Source: Deltaproteobacteria bacterium
GTDB taxonomy: Bacteria > CG2-30-53-67
NCBI GenBank assembly: GCA_013151235.1
Contig: JAADIO010000034.1
Span: 1-40,169, forward strand
Reading direction: 5' to 3'
DNA length: 40,169 nucleotides
Shown here: piece after piece, positions 6,869-16,567 of the stretch
Layout of the letters: each line of letters starts with the position of its first letter
How positions within the stretch are numbered: position 1 is the first letter of the stretch
Position numbers and translations under genes: made by a program
Notes under the pieces: model-generated
Seen by the model: only the letters and a program-made list of their open reading frames with translations
Databases searched by the model: none
Told to the model about the DNA's origin: nothing

Positions 6869-8980
6869 GTGAATCCGTTGATGGAAATTCCGGGTGATCG
6901 TTATAAAATCGAAGAGCTGGAGACCCTGGTTAAAAAATATCAGCGGACAGAGGAGAAACTGCGTCGGAATCATGAAGCACAGACAGTGATTAATTCCCTT
7001 CTCAATCTTTCTCTGGAAGAAATCCCTTTTCATGATCTTCTGCAACGCTGTCTCGGTCTGCTCCTCTCCATTCCCTGGCTCTCCTTCGAATCCCGCGGGG
7101 CCATATTCCTGGTGGAAGAAAATCCGGAAGTCCTCGTCCTGAAGGTGTCCAGCGGGATGGAAGGTCCGGCCCGGGAGTTTTGCGGTGAAGTCCCCTTCGG
7201 TCAGTGTCTTTGCGGGAAAGCGGCGCTGACGGCGGAGATCCTGCACATTGCCGCCGAGGATGCCTGCCATCAGCGCCATCTTGAAGGTTTGCTCCCCCAC
7301 GGGCATTACTGCGTCCCCATCCAGGATGCCGACCGCGTATTGGGGATGATCAATCTCTTTGTCGATGCTGAACATCAGCGGGACCCGGAGGAAGAAACGT
7401 TTCTGACCACCATTGCCCGGACTCTGGCCGGCATCGTGGTTCGTCGCAGGACGGAGGAAGCGCTGCGAAAGAGTGAACGGAAGCTGCGGAACATTACCTC
7501 GAATCTGGGCGAAGGAATCTTTGTTCTTGACCCCTTTGGTCGTCTGGTTTTTGTGAATCCCGAGACGGAGCGCCTTCTCGGATCGTCTGAAGAAGAGCTG
7601 CTCTTTCATGATATTGATGAGCTGGTTTTTGTCGGTGGGGGGAATGACGAGGATGTGAAGGAGGTTTCTCCTTTTCGTCAGGTCCTGCTGTCCGGCGTGA
7701 AATGCTCCTCCGAGGATGCCCTTTTCCAGTGCAAGAACGGCTCGTTGCTGTCCGTGGCCTATGTGTCGACCCCTTTTATGGAGGGGGGGAAGGTGACCGG
7801 GTCGATCACGGCCTTTCGGGACATTTCAGAGAGGAAACGGCTGGAAAAAGAGCTGCTGAAATCTCAGAAGGATGAATCCCTGGGGGTTCTGGCCGGGGGG
7901 GTGGCTCATGATTTCAATAACCTTCTGACTGCGATCTGGGGGAACATCAATCTTGCCAAGATTTATGTCGATCCCGAAGATGAGATCGTCTGTGAACGAT
8001 TGACCAGTGCCGAAGAGGCCCTTTGCCGGGCCAGGGATCTGGCACAGCAGCTCCTGATCTTTGCCCGGGGAAGTCGTCCGCTCCGGAAACTGGTTCCTTT
8101 GGCACGCTTTGTTTACGGTGCGGTCTCCTTTGCCCTGAGCGGGTCCAATGTGCGGCCGTCCTTCCACTTCGACGAAGATCTGAAGTCTTTCGAGATCGAC
8201 GAAGGTCTGATGAATCAGGTGATTCACAACCTTGTGGTGAACGCACAGGATGCCATGCCGGAAGGAGGGGAGATCGGGGTTTATTGTGAAAACAGTGAGG
8301 TCCATGTCAGTGATAACCTTCCCCTGCAGGATGGGGAGTATGTGAAGATTTCCATTCGGGATCAGGGGACAGGGATTGATCGGGAGGATCTTCCCCGGAT
8401 CTTTGAACCCTTCTTTACCACGAAACCGGAAGGGAACGGTCTCGGTTTGGCTGCGTCCGATGCCATTGTCCGGAAGCATGACGGTTGCATCACCGTTGAC
8501 TCCGTTGCCGGTGCGGGAGCCACCTTTACTATCTGTCTTCCGGCCTCTTCCCGTGCTGTGGTGTATCCGGGAGGCGAGAGCGAGGTGCCTTTCCGGGGGC
8601 GGGGGAAAGTCCTGGTCATGGACGATGAGGAGATGATCCGGGCCGTGGCGGGTCAGATGCTGACCCGGGTCGGTTATGCGGTGGAGTTTGCCGCCAACGG
8701 TGAAGAGGCCGTTGAATGCTTCGAAGAGGCCCGTATCTCGGGGTTCCCCTTCAATGCGGTGATCCTTGATCTGACCATCCCCGGTGGGATGGGCGGGATC
8801 AAGACGGTAGAGCGGCTCCGGGAGATTGATCCCGAGGTGATTGCTATCGTTTCCAGCGGGTATTCCGACGATCCCGTTCTTGCCGATTATGAAAAATATG
8901 GATTTCAGGGTGCCCTGCCGAAACCGTACAAGATCTTTGAGTTGAGCGAAGTGTTGCACGGGGTCATTCCAGCGGAATGA
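6869..8980 (+). CDS. Cytoplasmic hybrid sensor kinase (GAF-PAS-HisKA-HATPase-REC)
   Basis: LAGGVAHDFNNLL H-box, NLVVNAQDAM, DQGTG, FEPFFTTK, GLGL, C-terminal receiver (VMDDE, ILDLTIPG, LPKP); GTG 6869 after AAGGAG. Confidence 0.93.
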   Translation: MNPLMEIPGDRYKIEELETLVKKYQRTEEKLRRNHEAQTVINSLLNLSLEEIPFHDLLQRCLGLLLSIPWLSFESRGAIFLVEENPEVLVLKVSSGMEGPAREFCGEVPFGQCLCGKAALTAEILHIAAEDACHQRHLEGLLPHGHYCVPIQDADRVLGMINLFVDAEHQRDPEEETFLTTIARTLAGIVVRRRTEEALRKSERKLRNITSNLGEGIFVLDPFGRLVFVNPETERLLGSSEEELLFHDIDELVFVGGGNDEDVKEVSPFRQVLLSGVKCSSEDALFQCKNGSLLSVAYVSTPFMEGGKVTGSITAFRDISERKRLEKELLKSQKDESLGVLAGGVAHDFNNLLTAIWGNINLAKIYVDPEDEIVCERLTSAEEALCRARDLAQQLLIFARGSRPLRKLVPLARFVYGAVSFALSGSNVRPSFHFDEDLKSFEIDEGLMNQVIHNLVVNAQDAMPEGGEIGVYCENSEVHVSDNLPLQDGEYVKISIRDQGTGIDREDLPRIFEPFFTTKPEGNGLGLAASDAIVRKHDGCITVDSVAGAGATFTICLPASSRAVVYPGGESEVPFRGRGKVLVMDDEEMIRAVAGQMLTRVGYAVEFAANGEEAVECFEEARISGFPFNAVILDLTIPGGMGGIKTVERLREIDPEVIAIVSSGYSDDPVLADYEKYGFQGALPKPYKIFELSEVLHGVIPAE

Positions 8981-9205
8981 TCTGCCTCCTTTTGTCCTGT
9001 TTGTCCTTTGCTCCATTGGTCAGGATCGAATCAGCCATGTCTGTTTGTATAAAAATGGAATGTTCCGTGGAAAGGTGATTTTTCCGAAAACCTGAAACGG
9101 GCGGAGAAAAATCCAGAGGGAAGAGAGAGCCATGGAAAACCGCTGTTTCAATTTGCTTGCAATCAATCGGATGAAATATTAAAATGCCGCCTTTCTACGT
9201 ATGGA

Positions 9206-10183
9206 GTGAGCTTGAAACTTCGAACCCGGGAACGTGCCCGGAAATACCTGGTGGGCATCAGTCTCTTCTTCCTTTCCGTAACGATTGTCTCCCTCGTCAT
9301 TGATCTGCGGAGTATCCGTACGCAGTATGAAAAACTTGCTCTGGTGGAAAGCCGTGCAATTTTTCAGACGATTGTCGCCATGCGAAACTGGAATTTTAAG
9401 CATGACGGGGTTTATGTACTCGTCTCGAAGACCCTGAAACCGAATCCCTATTTGAAAGATCCCCGCCGGGATTTAGTCACTACGGAGGGTTTGAAGCTGA
9501 CGAAAGTGAATGCCGCCTATATGACAAGGCTTCTCTCCGATCAAATGCGGCGAAACAACAATGTCCATATTCACATCACCAGTTTGAAACTTCTGAACCC
9601 GGGGAATCGGGCCGACCTGTGGGAACGGGATGCCCTGGCACGGTTTGAGTCCGGGAGCCGGGATGAGCATGAGATCGTCCGCACGGGGAAGGGGCCGATC
9701 TTCCGTTATATGGCGCCGCTGATGGTTGAGCGGAGCTGCCTAGCCTGCCATGGGGACCAGGGGTACCGGGTGGGCGATGTGCGCGGAGGAATCAGTGTCA
9801 CTTTTTCCTATACCCCGTTCGGTCGGGCGATGAGGGGGGCCTTCCGGAGAATTACGCTGGTCCATGTTCTTTTTCTCTTTCTGGGATTGGGAATCATCTT
9901 CCTGCTCGGCCGGAAGATCATCCGCCGGATCGAAGAGTTGCAGGACACAATGGACCGGATTAAGAAGCTGGAAGGTTTGCTTCCCATCTGTTCCGGGTGC
10001 AAGAAGATCCGCTTGGCGGAGTCCGAGGAGATGGACCGGAAGTCTTGGGTTCCCATTGAAGAATATATCGGGCAACGGACGGATGCCGAGTTTTCCCACG
10101 GTCTCTGTCCGGACTGTCTGAAAAAACTCTATCCCGACTACCGTCCGGAAGGGGAGGCGGGAGGGCCTGTCCGGAGCGAATAA
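9206..10183 (+). CDS. Membrane protein with DUF3365/Tll0287-like c-heme sensor domain and C-terminal Cys4 module
   Basis: Two TMs, TSLKLLNPGNRAD.WE, FRYMAPL, CLACH heme motif, GDVRGGISV; C-terminus LPICSGCKKIR...FSHGLCPDC. Confidence 0.82.
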   Translation: MSLKLRTRERARKYLVGISLFFLSVTIVSLVIDLRSIRTQYEKLALVESRAIFQTIVAMRNWNFKHDGVYVLVSKTLKPNPYLKDPRRDLVTTEGLKLTKVNAAYMTRLLSDQMRRNNNVHIHITSLKLLNPGNRADLWERDALARFESGSRDEHEIVRTGKGPIFRYMAPLMVERSCLACHGDQGYRVGDVRGGISVTFSYTPFGRAMRGAFRRITLVHVLFLFLGLGIIFLLGRKIIRRIEELQDTMDRIKKLEGLLPICSGCKKIRLAESEEMDRKSWVPIEEYIGQRTDAEFSHGLCPDCLKKLYPDYRPEGEAGGPVRSE

Positions 10184-10201
10184 CGGTTAAGGAGAATATC
10201 C

Positions 10202-10597
10202 GTGTATGAACTGACGGTGAAAAGCCGTTTTGCAGCGGCCCATCAATTACGGAATTACAAGGGAAAATGTGAAAATCTCCATGGGCACAACTGGAAGATC
10301 GAGATTACCCTGCAAACGGACCGGCTGGATGAGGTCGGGTTGGGGATCGATTTCGGGGAGATTCGTTCGATGCTCAATGAGATTCTGGAGGAACTCGATC
10401 ATTGTTGCCTGAATGATCTCCCGGCCTTCCGTGAGGAAAATCCCTCATCCGAGTTGATCGCCCGCTGGATCTTCAACGAGGCCGCACGGCGTATGGAAAA
10501 GGATCACATCCTTGTGTCCCGGGTCACGGCCTGGGAGTCGGACGATGCCTGCGCCACCTACTTCGCCGGTGATATCACAACTCCTCCCCGTTCGTGA
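10202..10597 (+). CDS. queD: 6-carboxytetrahydropterin synthase
   Basis: FAAAHQL, CENLHGHNW, LDH, NPSSE, WES; AAGGAG SD. Confidence 0.95.
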   Translation: MYELTVKSRFAAAHQLRNYKGKCENLHGHNWKIEITLQTDRLDEVGLGIDFGEIRSMLNEILEELDHCCLNDLPAFREENPSSELIARWIFNEAARRMEKDHILVSRVTAWESDDACATYFAGDITTPPRS

Positions 10598-10665
10598 TAA
10601 TCCGGACCCGGTCCGGACCTGTACGGCGCTTTACAGGCGGCGGACGGTCCGGGAGGTATGAAAAC

Positions 10666-11367
10666 GTGAAAGGAAACGCACCCTCACAGATTCTTCTCCT
10701 TTCCGGCGGACTCGATTCGGTGGTAAACTGTGCCATCGCGATGCGGGAAGCGCCGGTTCTGCTTGCATTGACCTTTGATTACGGCCAGCATGCACTGCAA
10801 CGGGAGATCGACGCGGCAAAGGCGGTATGCGACCATTATTCCATACGGCACCGGGTGATTCCGCTTCCCTGGCTCAAGGAGATTACCTGCTCGGACCTCG
10901 TGCGTGACGGGGCCCGGCCGCCCGAGTTGCGAAAAGAGGATCTTGACGATCCGGTGAAGACGAAGGATTCGGCCCGGGCCGTCTGGGTGCCGAACCGGAA
11001 CGGGATCATGATCGAGATCGCCGCCGCCTTTGCCGAGGTGATGGGGGCCGGGCGGATCATTGTCGGGTTCAACCGGGAGGAGGCTTCGACTTTCCCCGAT
11101 AACTCGGAGACCTATCTTGCAGCCGTCAACCGGTCCCTTGCATATTCCGCGGGCGCACCGATGGAGGTGGTCAGCTACACCGTTGGTATGGATAAAAAGG
11201 AGATTGTCCGCGCCGGGCTGCAACATCAGGTCCCCCTGGGAAAGATCTGGAGCTGCTACCGGGGGGAAGAGAAGATGTGCGGTTCCTGCGAGTCCTGCGG
11301 GAGGTTAAAAAGGGCCATTTCCGGGACGGAGGCGGAGAAGATTCTGAGAGGTTTTTTGCCAGGATGA
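10666..11367 (+). CDS. queC: 7-cyano-7-deazaguanine synthase
   Basis: LLSGGLDS, FDYGQ, VPNRN, SCY..CGSCESC; in-frame GTG 10666 after GGAGG. Confidence 0.93.
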   Translation: MKGNAPSQILLLSGGLDSVVNCAIAMREAPVLLALTFDYGQHALQREIDAAKAVCDHYSIRHRVIPLPWLKEITCSDLVRDGARPPELRKEDLDDPVKTKDSARAVWVPNRNGIMIEIAAAFAEVMGAGRIIVGFNREEASTFPDNSETYLAAVNRSLAYSAGAPMEVVSYTVGMDKKEIVRAGLQHQVPLGKIWSCYRGEEKMCGSCESCGRLKRAISGTEAEKILRGFLPG

Positions 11368-11374
11368 GGCCGCC

Positions 11375-11740
11375 TCAGGGGCAGGAGACCTTGATCAGCT
11401 TGAGAAAGGTCTTATCGAAATCGTTGATCTCCGGGGAGAGCTGCAGGGGATCGATCCCGGCATCTTCTCCCGGTCTTTCCAGGGAGTCGAAGTCATCGAA
11501 GCTTGACCCGCTGTAGAGCAAGTGTTCTCTATAAACGAGTTCCGACGGGTCGAACTCCGGAGTACCGAATTCTTCGGTTTCGTCGATGCGGGTAAAGGAG
11601 GCCATGAGGATATCGACATGGTATCCTTCTTCCTCGATCCGGCTCAGTGTATCCTGAATCCTTTCGTTATCGGAATAGGCCTGATGAATGGCCTGGATGA
11701 GTTGTTCCGCAAGTCGTTTCAGCCGTTTCTCATGATCCAT
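11375..11740 (-). CDS. Acidic hypothetical protein (121 aa)
   Basis: Fills the gap, AAGGGGG SD, helical N-terminus, acidic linker, C-terminal DKTFLKLIKV. Confidence 0.75.
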   Translation of the reverse strand: MDHEKRLKRLAEQLIQAIHQAYSDNERIQDTLSRIEEEGYHVDILMASFTRIDETEEFGTPEFDPSELVYREHLLYSGSSFDDFDSLERPGEDAGIDPLQLSPEINDFDKTFLKLIKVSCP

Positions 11741-11843
11741 AAAATGCCCCCTTCAATAATTTACGACTTCACATATCTGATCTTTATACCTTTGTCAAGC
11801 TTTTTTCTTATCTTTTTTGACACTCATCGACGATTTTGATTTC

Positions 11844-11872
11844 TTGACAGCCAAATAACGTGCAGGTATAGT
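11844..11872 (+). promoter_or_regulatory. sigma70 promoter for the valS operon, TTGACA-N17-TATAGT
   Basis: TTGACA 11844-11849, TATAGT 11867-11872. Confidence 0.75.
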
Positions 11873-11894
11873 ACCGTCACGATCGGGTGAGACC

Positions 11895-12068
11895 TGATGG
11901 TGTCGTAAAAAGTCGTTTTTCGGATTCCGTTCATGGTTCGACAAGCTTCCGAGAATGGTGAGCTCGCCGAACCACACGAACAGAATATTAATGACTTACA
12001 CCGTTCACCCTGAGCACGCCTGTCCTGAGCCGGCCGAAGGGTCGAACGGACTTTTTACGACTTCATCA
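11895..12068. mobile_element. MITE copy 1 (174 bp, non-autonomous)
   Basis: TIRs TGATGGTGTCGTAAAAAGTC / GACTTTTTACGACTTCATCA (18/20); GACC duplicated at 11891-11894 and 12069-12072; homologous to 28791-29090. Confidence 0.88.
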
Positions 12069-12126
12069 GACCTGGATCGTTAAAAAAACGACGGATAGGC
12101 AAGAAAATCAGGAAAAGGAAGAAACT

Positions 12127-14784
12127 GTGCCAGAAGATTCGAACCACCAGGAGATAAACCCCCTGGAGAAGGTCTACGATCCTGCCGGGACGGAGGAGAA
12201 ATGGTATGCCCGCTGGACGGAGAAGGGGTATTTCAGGGGGGGGCTTGATAACGGCAGGCCCTATTATTCGATCGTGATCCCGCCCCCCAACGTGACCGGT
12301 TCCCTCCACATGGGGCATGCCCTGAACAACACCCTGCAGGATATCCTGGTCCGCTGGAAACGGATGGACGGGGTCAACACCCTCTGGATGCCCGGCACCG
12401 ACCATGCCGGGATCGCCACGCAGAACGTGGTGGAACGGGACCTCGCATCGGAAGGACGGAACCGTCACGAACTGGGCCGTGACAAGTTCATCGAGCGGGT
12501 CTGGAAGTGGCGGAAGGAGTACGGCGGGGTCATCATAAACCAGCTCAAACGCCTCGGCTCCTCCTGCGACTGGAGCCGGGAGCGGTTCACCATGGACGAG
12601 GGGCTCTCCCGGGCGGTGCGGGAGGTCTTCGTCCGGCTCTACGAAGAAGGGCTGATCTACCGGGACAACTACATCACCAACTGGTGTCCCCGCTGCCATA
12701 CGGCCCTCTCCGATGTCGAGGTCGAGCATGAGGATACCGACGGGCACCTCTACCACATCCGTTACCCCCTGAAGGGGCGCGAGGGGTTCCTGACCGTCGC
12801 GACGACCCGGCCCGAGACCATGCTCGGGGACACGGCCGTGGCCGTCCATCCGGAAGACGGGCGTTACCTGGCCCTTCATGGCGAAAAGGCCGTCCTGCCG
12901 ATCCTGGAACGGGAGATCCCGGTGATCGCCGACACCTACGTGGACCGGGAATTCGGGACGGGGGTCGTGAAGATCACCCCGGCCCACGATCCGAACGATT
13001 TCGAGGTCGGCCTTCGTCACGATCTCCCGCAGATCAGCGTGATGGACCGGGATGCCCGGATGAACGGGGCGGCCGGGAAATATGCCGGGATGGACCGTTA
13101 CGAGTGCCGCCGGGCGCTCCTTGACGATCTCGAGAAAGCCGGGCTTGTCGAGAAGATCGAGCCGCACGGCCATGCCGTGGGTCACTGTTACCGCTGCAAG
13201 ACCGTCGTCGAGCCTATACTTTCGCTCCAGTGGTTCGTCCGGATGAAGGAACTCGCGGCGCCGGCCATTGCCGCCGTGGAGGAGGGGAGGATCCGCTTCA
13301 TCCCGAAGGGGTGGGAGAACACCTATTTCGAATGGATGCGCAACATCCGGGACTGGTGCATCTCCCGGCAGATCTGGTGGGGGCACCGGATCCCGGCCTG
13401 GATCTGTGACGATTGCGGCGGGATCACCGTGGACCGTACCGACCCGGACCTCTGTGCCCATTGCCGAAGCCCGAACATCAAGCAGGAAACGGACGTCCTC
13501 GATACATGGTTCTCTTCGGCGCTGTGGCCCTTCTCCACCCTCGGCTGGCCCGACGATACGCCGGAATTGCGGAATTACTACCCGACCTCTGTCCTGATCA
13601 CCGGTTTCGATATCATCTTCTTCTGGGTTGCCCGGATGATCATGATGGGGCTCAGGTTCATGGGGGAGGTCCCCTTCCGGGATGTCTACATCCACGCACT
13701 CGTGCGGGACGCCCAGGGGCAGAAGATGTCGAAGTCGAAGGGGAACGTCATAGATCCGCTCATCATGATCGACAAGTTCGGTACCGACGCCTTCCGTTTC
13801 ACCCTGACCGCCTTTGCCGCCCAGGGAAGGGACGTCCGCCTCTCCGAGGAGCGGATCCAGGGATACCGGAATTTCACCAACAAGATCTGGAATGCCTCCC
13901 GTTTCGCCCTCATGAACCTGGCCGGTTACGATCCGGAGTGCGAAAGGGGAGCGCCCGAACCGGCCGACCGGTGGATCCAAAGCCGCCTGAACCGCGCCGT
14001 TGCCGGGGTCCGGGAGGCGCTTGATGCCTATAAATTCAACGAAGCGGCCTCCATACTCTACCGGTTTTTCTGGCACGAGTTCTGCGACTGGTACATTGAA
14101 CTGGTCAAGGACCGCCTCTACGGGGACGATCCGGATGCCCGGCGGACGGCGCAGTGCTGCCTCGTCGAGACCCTGCACGAGAGTCTGCGGCTACTCCATC
14201 CTTTCATGCCCTTCATCACCGAGGAGATCTACCAGCACCTTCCCGTTCACGGTGAGAGCATCATGGTCGACGCCTATCCCGTTTCCGACCCGTCCCGGGA
14301 TGATTCCGGGGCGGAAGAGGAGATGGAACTCGTCATGGAGGCGGTCACGCTGATCCGGAATGTCCGGGGGGAGATGAACATCGCGCCCGGCAAACCCCTC
14401 GACCCGCTGATCCGGGTCCGGGATGAAGAGACCGTCGGGATCCTGCTTCGTCACGAGCGGTCGATCCTCTCCCTGGGCCGGTGTGCAACGGTGCGTGTCG
14501 GAACCGGCGTGACCCGTCCCCCCTCGTCGGCCACGGCCGTCGGGGACAGGATGGAGGTCTTCGTCCCCCTCGAAGGGGTCATTGACCTCGAGGCGGAGAG
14601 GGCGCGCCTGATGAAGAACCTGGCCAAAGTCGAAAAGGATCTTGCCGCCGTCAACCGGAAGCTTGCCAACGAATCCTTTACCGGCAAGGCGCCGGCCGCG
14701 GTGGTGGAGAAGGAACGGGCCAGGCGGGAAGAGCTCATGACCAAGGAACGGAAGATAAATGCCGGTCTGTCCGCCCTCGAATAG
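12127..14784 (+). CDS. valS: Valine--tRNA ligase
   Basis: [14 protein letters not shown] (HIGH), [18 protein letters not shown]-terminal coiled coil. Confidence 0.98.
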   Translation: MPEDSNHQEINPLEKVYDPAGTEEKWYARWTEKGYFRGGLDNGRPYYSIVIPPPNVTGSLHMGHALNNTLQDILVRWKRMDGVNTLWMPGTDHAGIATQNVVERDLASEGRNRHELGRDKFIERVWKWRKEYGGVIINQLKRLGSSCDWSRERFTMDEGLSRAVREVFVRLYEEGLIYRDNYITNWCPRCHTALSDVEVEHEDTDGHLYHIRYPLKGREGFLTVATTRPETMLGDTAVAVHPEDGRYLALHGEKAVLPILEREIPVIADTYVDREFGTGVVKITPAHDPNDFEVGLRHDLPQISVMDRDARMNGAAGKYAGMDRYECRRALLDDLEKAGLVEKIEPHGHAVGHCYRCKTVVEPILSLQWFVRMKELAAPAIAAVEEGRIRFIPKGWENTYFEWMRNIRDWCISRQIWWGHRIPAWICDDCGGITVDRTDPDLCAHCRSPNIKQETDVLDTWFSSALWPFSTLGWPDDTPELRNYYPTSVLITGFDIIFFWVARMIMMGLRFMGEVPFRDVYIHALVRDAQGQKMSKSKGNVIDPLIMIDKFGTDAFRFTLTAFAAQGRDVRLSEERIQGYRNFTNKIWNASRFALMNLAGYDPECERGAPEPADRWIQSRLNRAVAGVREALDAYKFNEAASILYRFFWHEFCDWYIELVKDRLYGDDPDARRTAQCCLVETLHESLRLLHPFMPFITEEIYQHLPVHGESIMVDAYPVSDPSRDDSGAEEEMELVMEAVTLIRNVRGEMNIAPGKPLDPLIRVRDEETVGILLRHERSILSLGRCATVRVGTGVTRPPSSATAVGDRMEVFVPLEGVIDLEAERARLMKNLAKVEKDLAAVNRKLANESFTGKAPAAVVEKERARREELMTKERKINAGLSALE

Positions 14785-14803
14785 ACCATCAGGGACCTTC
14801 AGC

Positions 14804-15646
14804 ATGCCGGATCATTCCCACCATGCACATGAAGAGATCGTCCGCCGGGCCATCGCCGAAGACCTTGGCGCAGGCGATATCACGACCGATCCGATCGTCC
14901 CGCCCGGCCGGAGTGCCGCGGCCGAGATGATCGCAAAAGAAGATTTCGTCCTGGCCGGGATCAATGTCGCCCGGGAGGTCTTCCGGCAGATCGACCCCGC
15001 CCTGCGCTTTGAGCCCCTCTTTGATGACGGAAGTTTCATTACCCCCGGGAGCGCCGTTGCCGTGATCAACGGATCCGCCGCCCCGATCCTCAGGGGGGAG
15101 CGGGTGGCGCTGAACTTCCTGCAGCATCTCTCCGGCGTGGCCACGGTCACCGCCGCCTTCGTCCGCAGGGTGGAAGGGCTTGCCGTTTCGATCCTGGAGA
15201 CCCGGAAGACCCTCCCCGGCCTGCGGGCGCTGGAGAAGTACGCCGTCCGGGTGGGAGGCGGAACGAACCACCGGATGGGGCTTTACGACGCCGTGCTTAT
15301 AAAGGACAATCATATCGCCGTCGCAGGCGGGATTTCCGCCGCCGTGGAGAGTGTCAGGAAGGCGCATCCGGATCTTGCTCCCGTGGAAGTGGAGGTGACC
15401 GATCTTGAAGAGGTGCGGGAGGCCCTGGACGCCGGGGCCGATATCATTCTCCTGGACAACATGGATCCCGGCACCCTCCGGGCGGCGGTGAACATGGTCC
15501 GCGGACGGGCACTGACCGAGGCTTCGGGCAATATCACCCTCGAAAACGTCCGGGCCGTGGCGGAGACCGGCGTCGACCGGATCTCCGTGGGGGCGCTGAC
15601 CCATTCGGTGCGGGCCGTCGATATCTCGCTGAAGATCTCCTTATGA
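14804..15646 (+). CDS. nadC: Nicotinate-nucleotide diphosphorylase (carboxylating)
   Basis: EDLGAGDITT, ERVALNFLQ, TRKT.PG.R, HRMGL.D..LIKDNH, LLDNM, EASG. Confidence 0.96.
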   Translation: MPDHSHHAHEEIVRRAIAEDLGAGDITTDPIVPPGRSAAAEMIAKEDFVLAGINVAREVFRQIDPALRFEPLFDDGSFITPGSAVAVINGSAAPILRGERVALNFLQHLSGVATVTAAFVRRVEGLAVSILETRKTLPGLRALEKYAVRVGGGTNHRMGLYDAVLIKDNHIAVAGGISAAVESVRKAHPDLAPVEVEVTDLEEVREALDAGADIILLDNMDPGTLRAAVNMVRGRALTEASGNITLENVRAVAETGVDRISVGALTHSVRAVDISLKISL

Positions 15647-16506
15647 ATGAAACGGCAGGCGGCATCATGTTCCCGGCCGGCGGATTCCGGGCAGGTCTGA
15701 AGACGAAGATCGTCGGAGGACGGGTCCTCGCATTCGATACCATCGGCTCCACCAATGATCACCTCCTCGCGCTGGCGCGGGAAGGCGCGCCGGAGGGGAT
15801 CGTCGTTATCGCGGAGACCCAGACGGAAGGGCGGGGACGTTTCGGACGCGGCTGGTCATCCCCGCCGGGGTGCAACCTCTATTTCTCGGTTCTTCTCCGG
15901 CCTTCACTTTCCCCGGCGTCCCTGCCTCAGATCACGCTGGTTGCGGCCGTGTCGCTCTGCGAGACCCTGCGGGAGACGACGGATCTCGATGTGCGGGTCA
16001 AGTGGCCCAACGATCTTGTGATCGGCGAAAAGAAGATCTGCGGAATCCTGACGGAGATGACGACCCGGGGGAAAGCGGCCGGGGCGGCGGTCCTCGGTGT
16101 CGGGCTGAACGTCAATATGGAAGACGCGCTGATCCCTGAGGGATTACGGGGGATTGCGACCTCGCTCTGTTGCGAAGCCGGGCGGCGCTTCGACCGTTCG
16201 GCGCTGTTGCGGAGGCTTCTCGTGTCTCTCGACGGGGATTACCGCCTCTTTCTCCGGGAGGGGTTCGAACCCTTCCGGGACCGTTTTGCGGAACATTCCT
16301 CTATCCTGGGAAAAGAAGTGCGTGTTGAAGCCGCCGGACGGCGGATGGAGGGGAAGGCGGCCGGGATCGACCGGGAAGGGATGTTGCTGGTGGCAACAGA
16401 GGGAGGGGAAAGCATCCGGGTGGCATCCGGGGAGATTTCCCTATTGCCGGTCCGTCTCGCCGGGAAAGCGGACCGGGGGTCCCTGCCGTCCGCAGGGGAT
16501 GGATAA
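15643..16506 (+). CDS. birA: Biotin--[acetyl-CoA-carboxylase] ligase without N-terminal HTH
   Basis: STND, AETQTEGRGRFGRGW, KWPND, KKICGILTE, GVGLNV; ATGA overlap with nadC. Confidence 0.93.
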   Translation: MNETAGGIMFPAGGFRAGLKTKIVGGRVLAFDTIGSTNDHLLALAREGAPEGIVVIAETQTEGRGRFGRGWSSPPGCNLYFSVLLRPSLSPASLPQITLVAAVSLCETLRETTDLDVRVKWPNDLVIGEKKICGILTEMTTRGKAAGAAVLGVGLNVNMEDALIPEGLRGIATSLCCEAGRRFDRSALLRRLLVSLDGDYRLFLREGFEPFRDRFAEHSSILGKEVRVEAAGRRMEGKAAGIDREGMLLVATEGGESIRVASGEISLLPVRLAGKADRGSLPSAGDG

Positions 16507-16567
16507 TGCAACTGCCGGTGATCCTGATTCATGATTTCGTATATGCTTTGTATTTTCCGGAGGTCTG

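Noticed and set aside
8981-10201. preQ1 riboswitch for queD-queC
   Set aside because: No recognisable preQ1 aptamer in the 18-bp gap or in the leader of the upstream gene
10658-10669. Mini-ORF ATG AAA ACG TGA overlapping the queC GTG
   Set aside because: The ATG is only 1 nt from the SD, too close for efficient initiation; probably chance
11880-12126. T-box or riboswitch upstream of valS
   Set aside because: No T-box motif seen; the structure is explained by a TIR/TSD-bounded repeat also present at 28791-29090
12055-14178. 707-aa antisense ORF over valS, and other long antisense ORFs over the kinases, pilT, alaS, cinA/thpR and pyrE
   Set aside because: Shadow frames produced by GC-rich codon bias on the opposite strand of clear conserved genes; no recognisable motifs
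15643-16506. BirA lacking a DNA-binding HTH as a novelty
   Set aside because: Non-repressor (group I) biotin ligases are common
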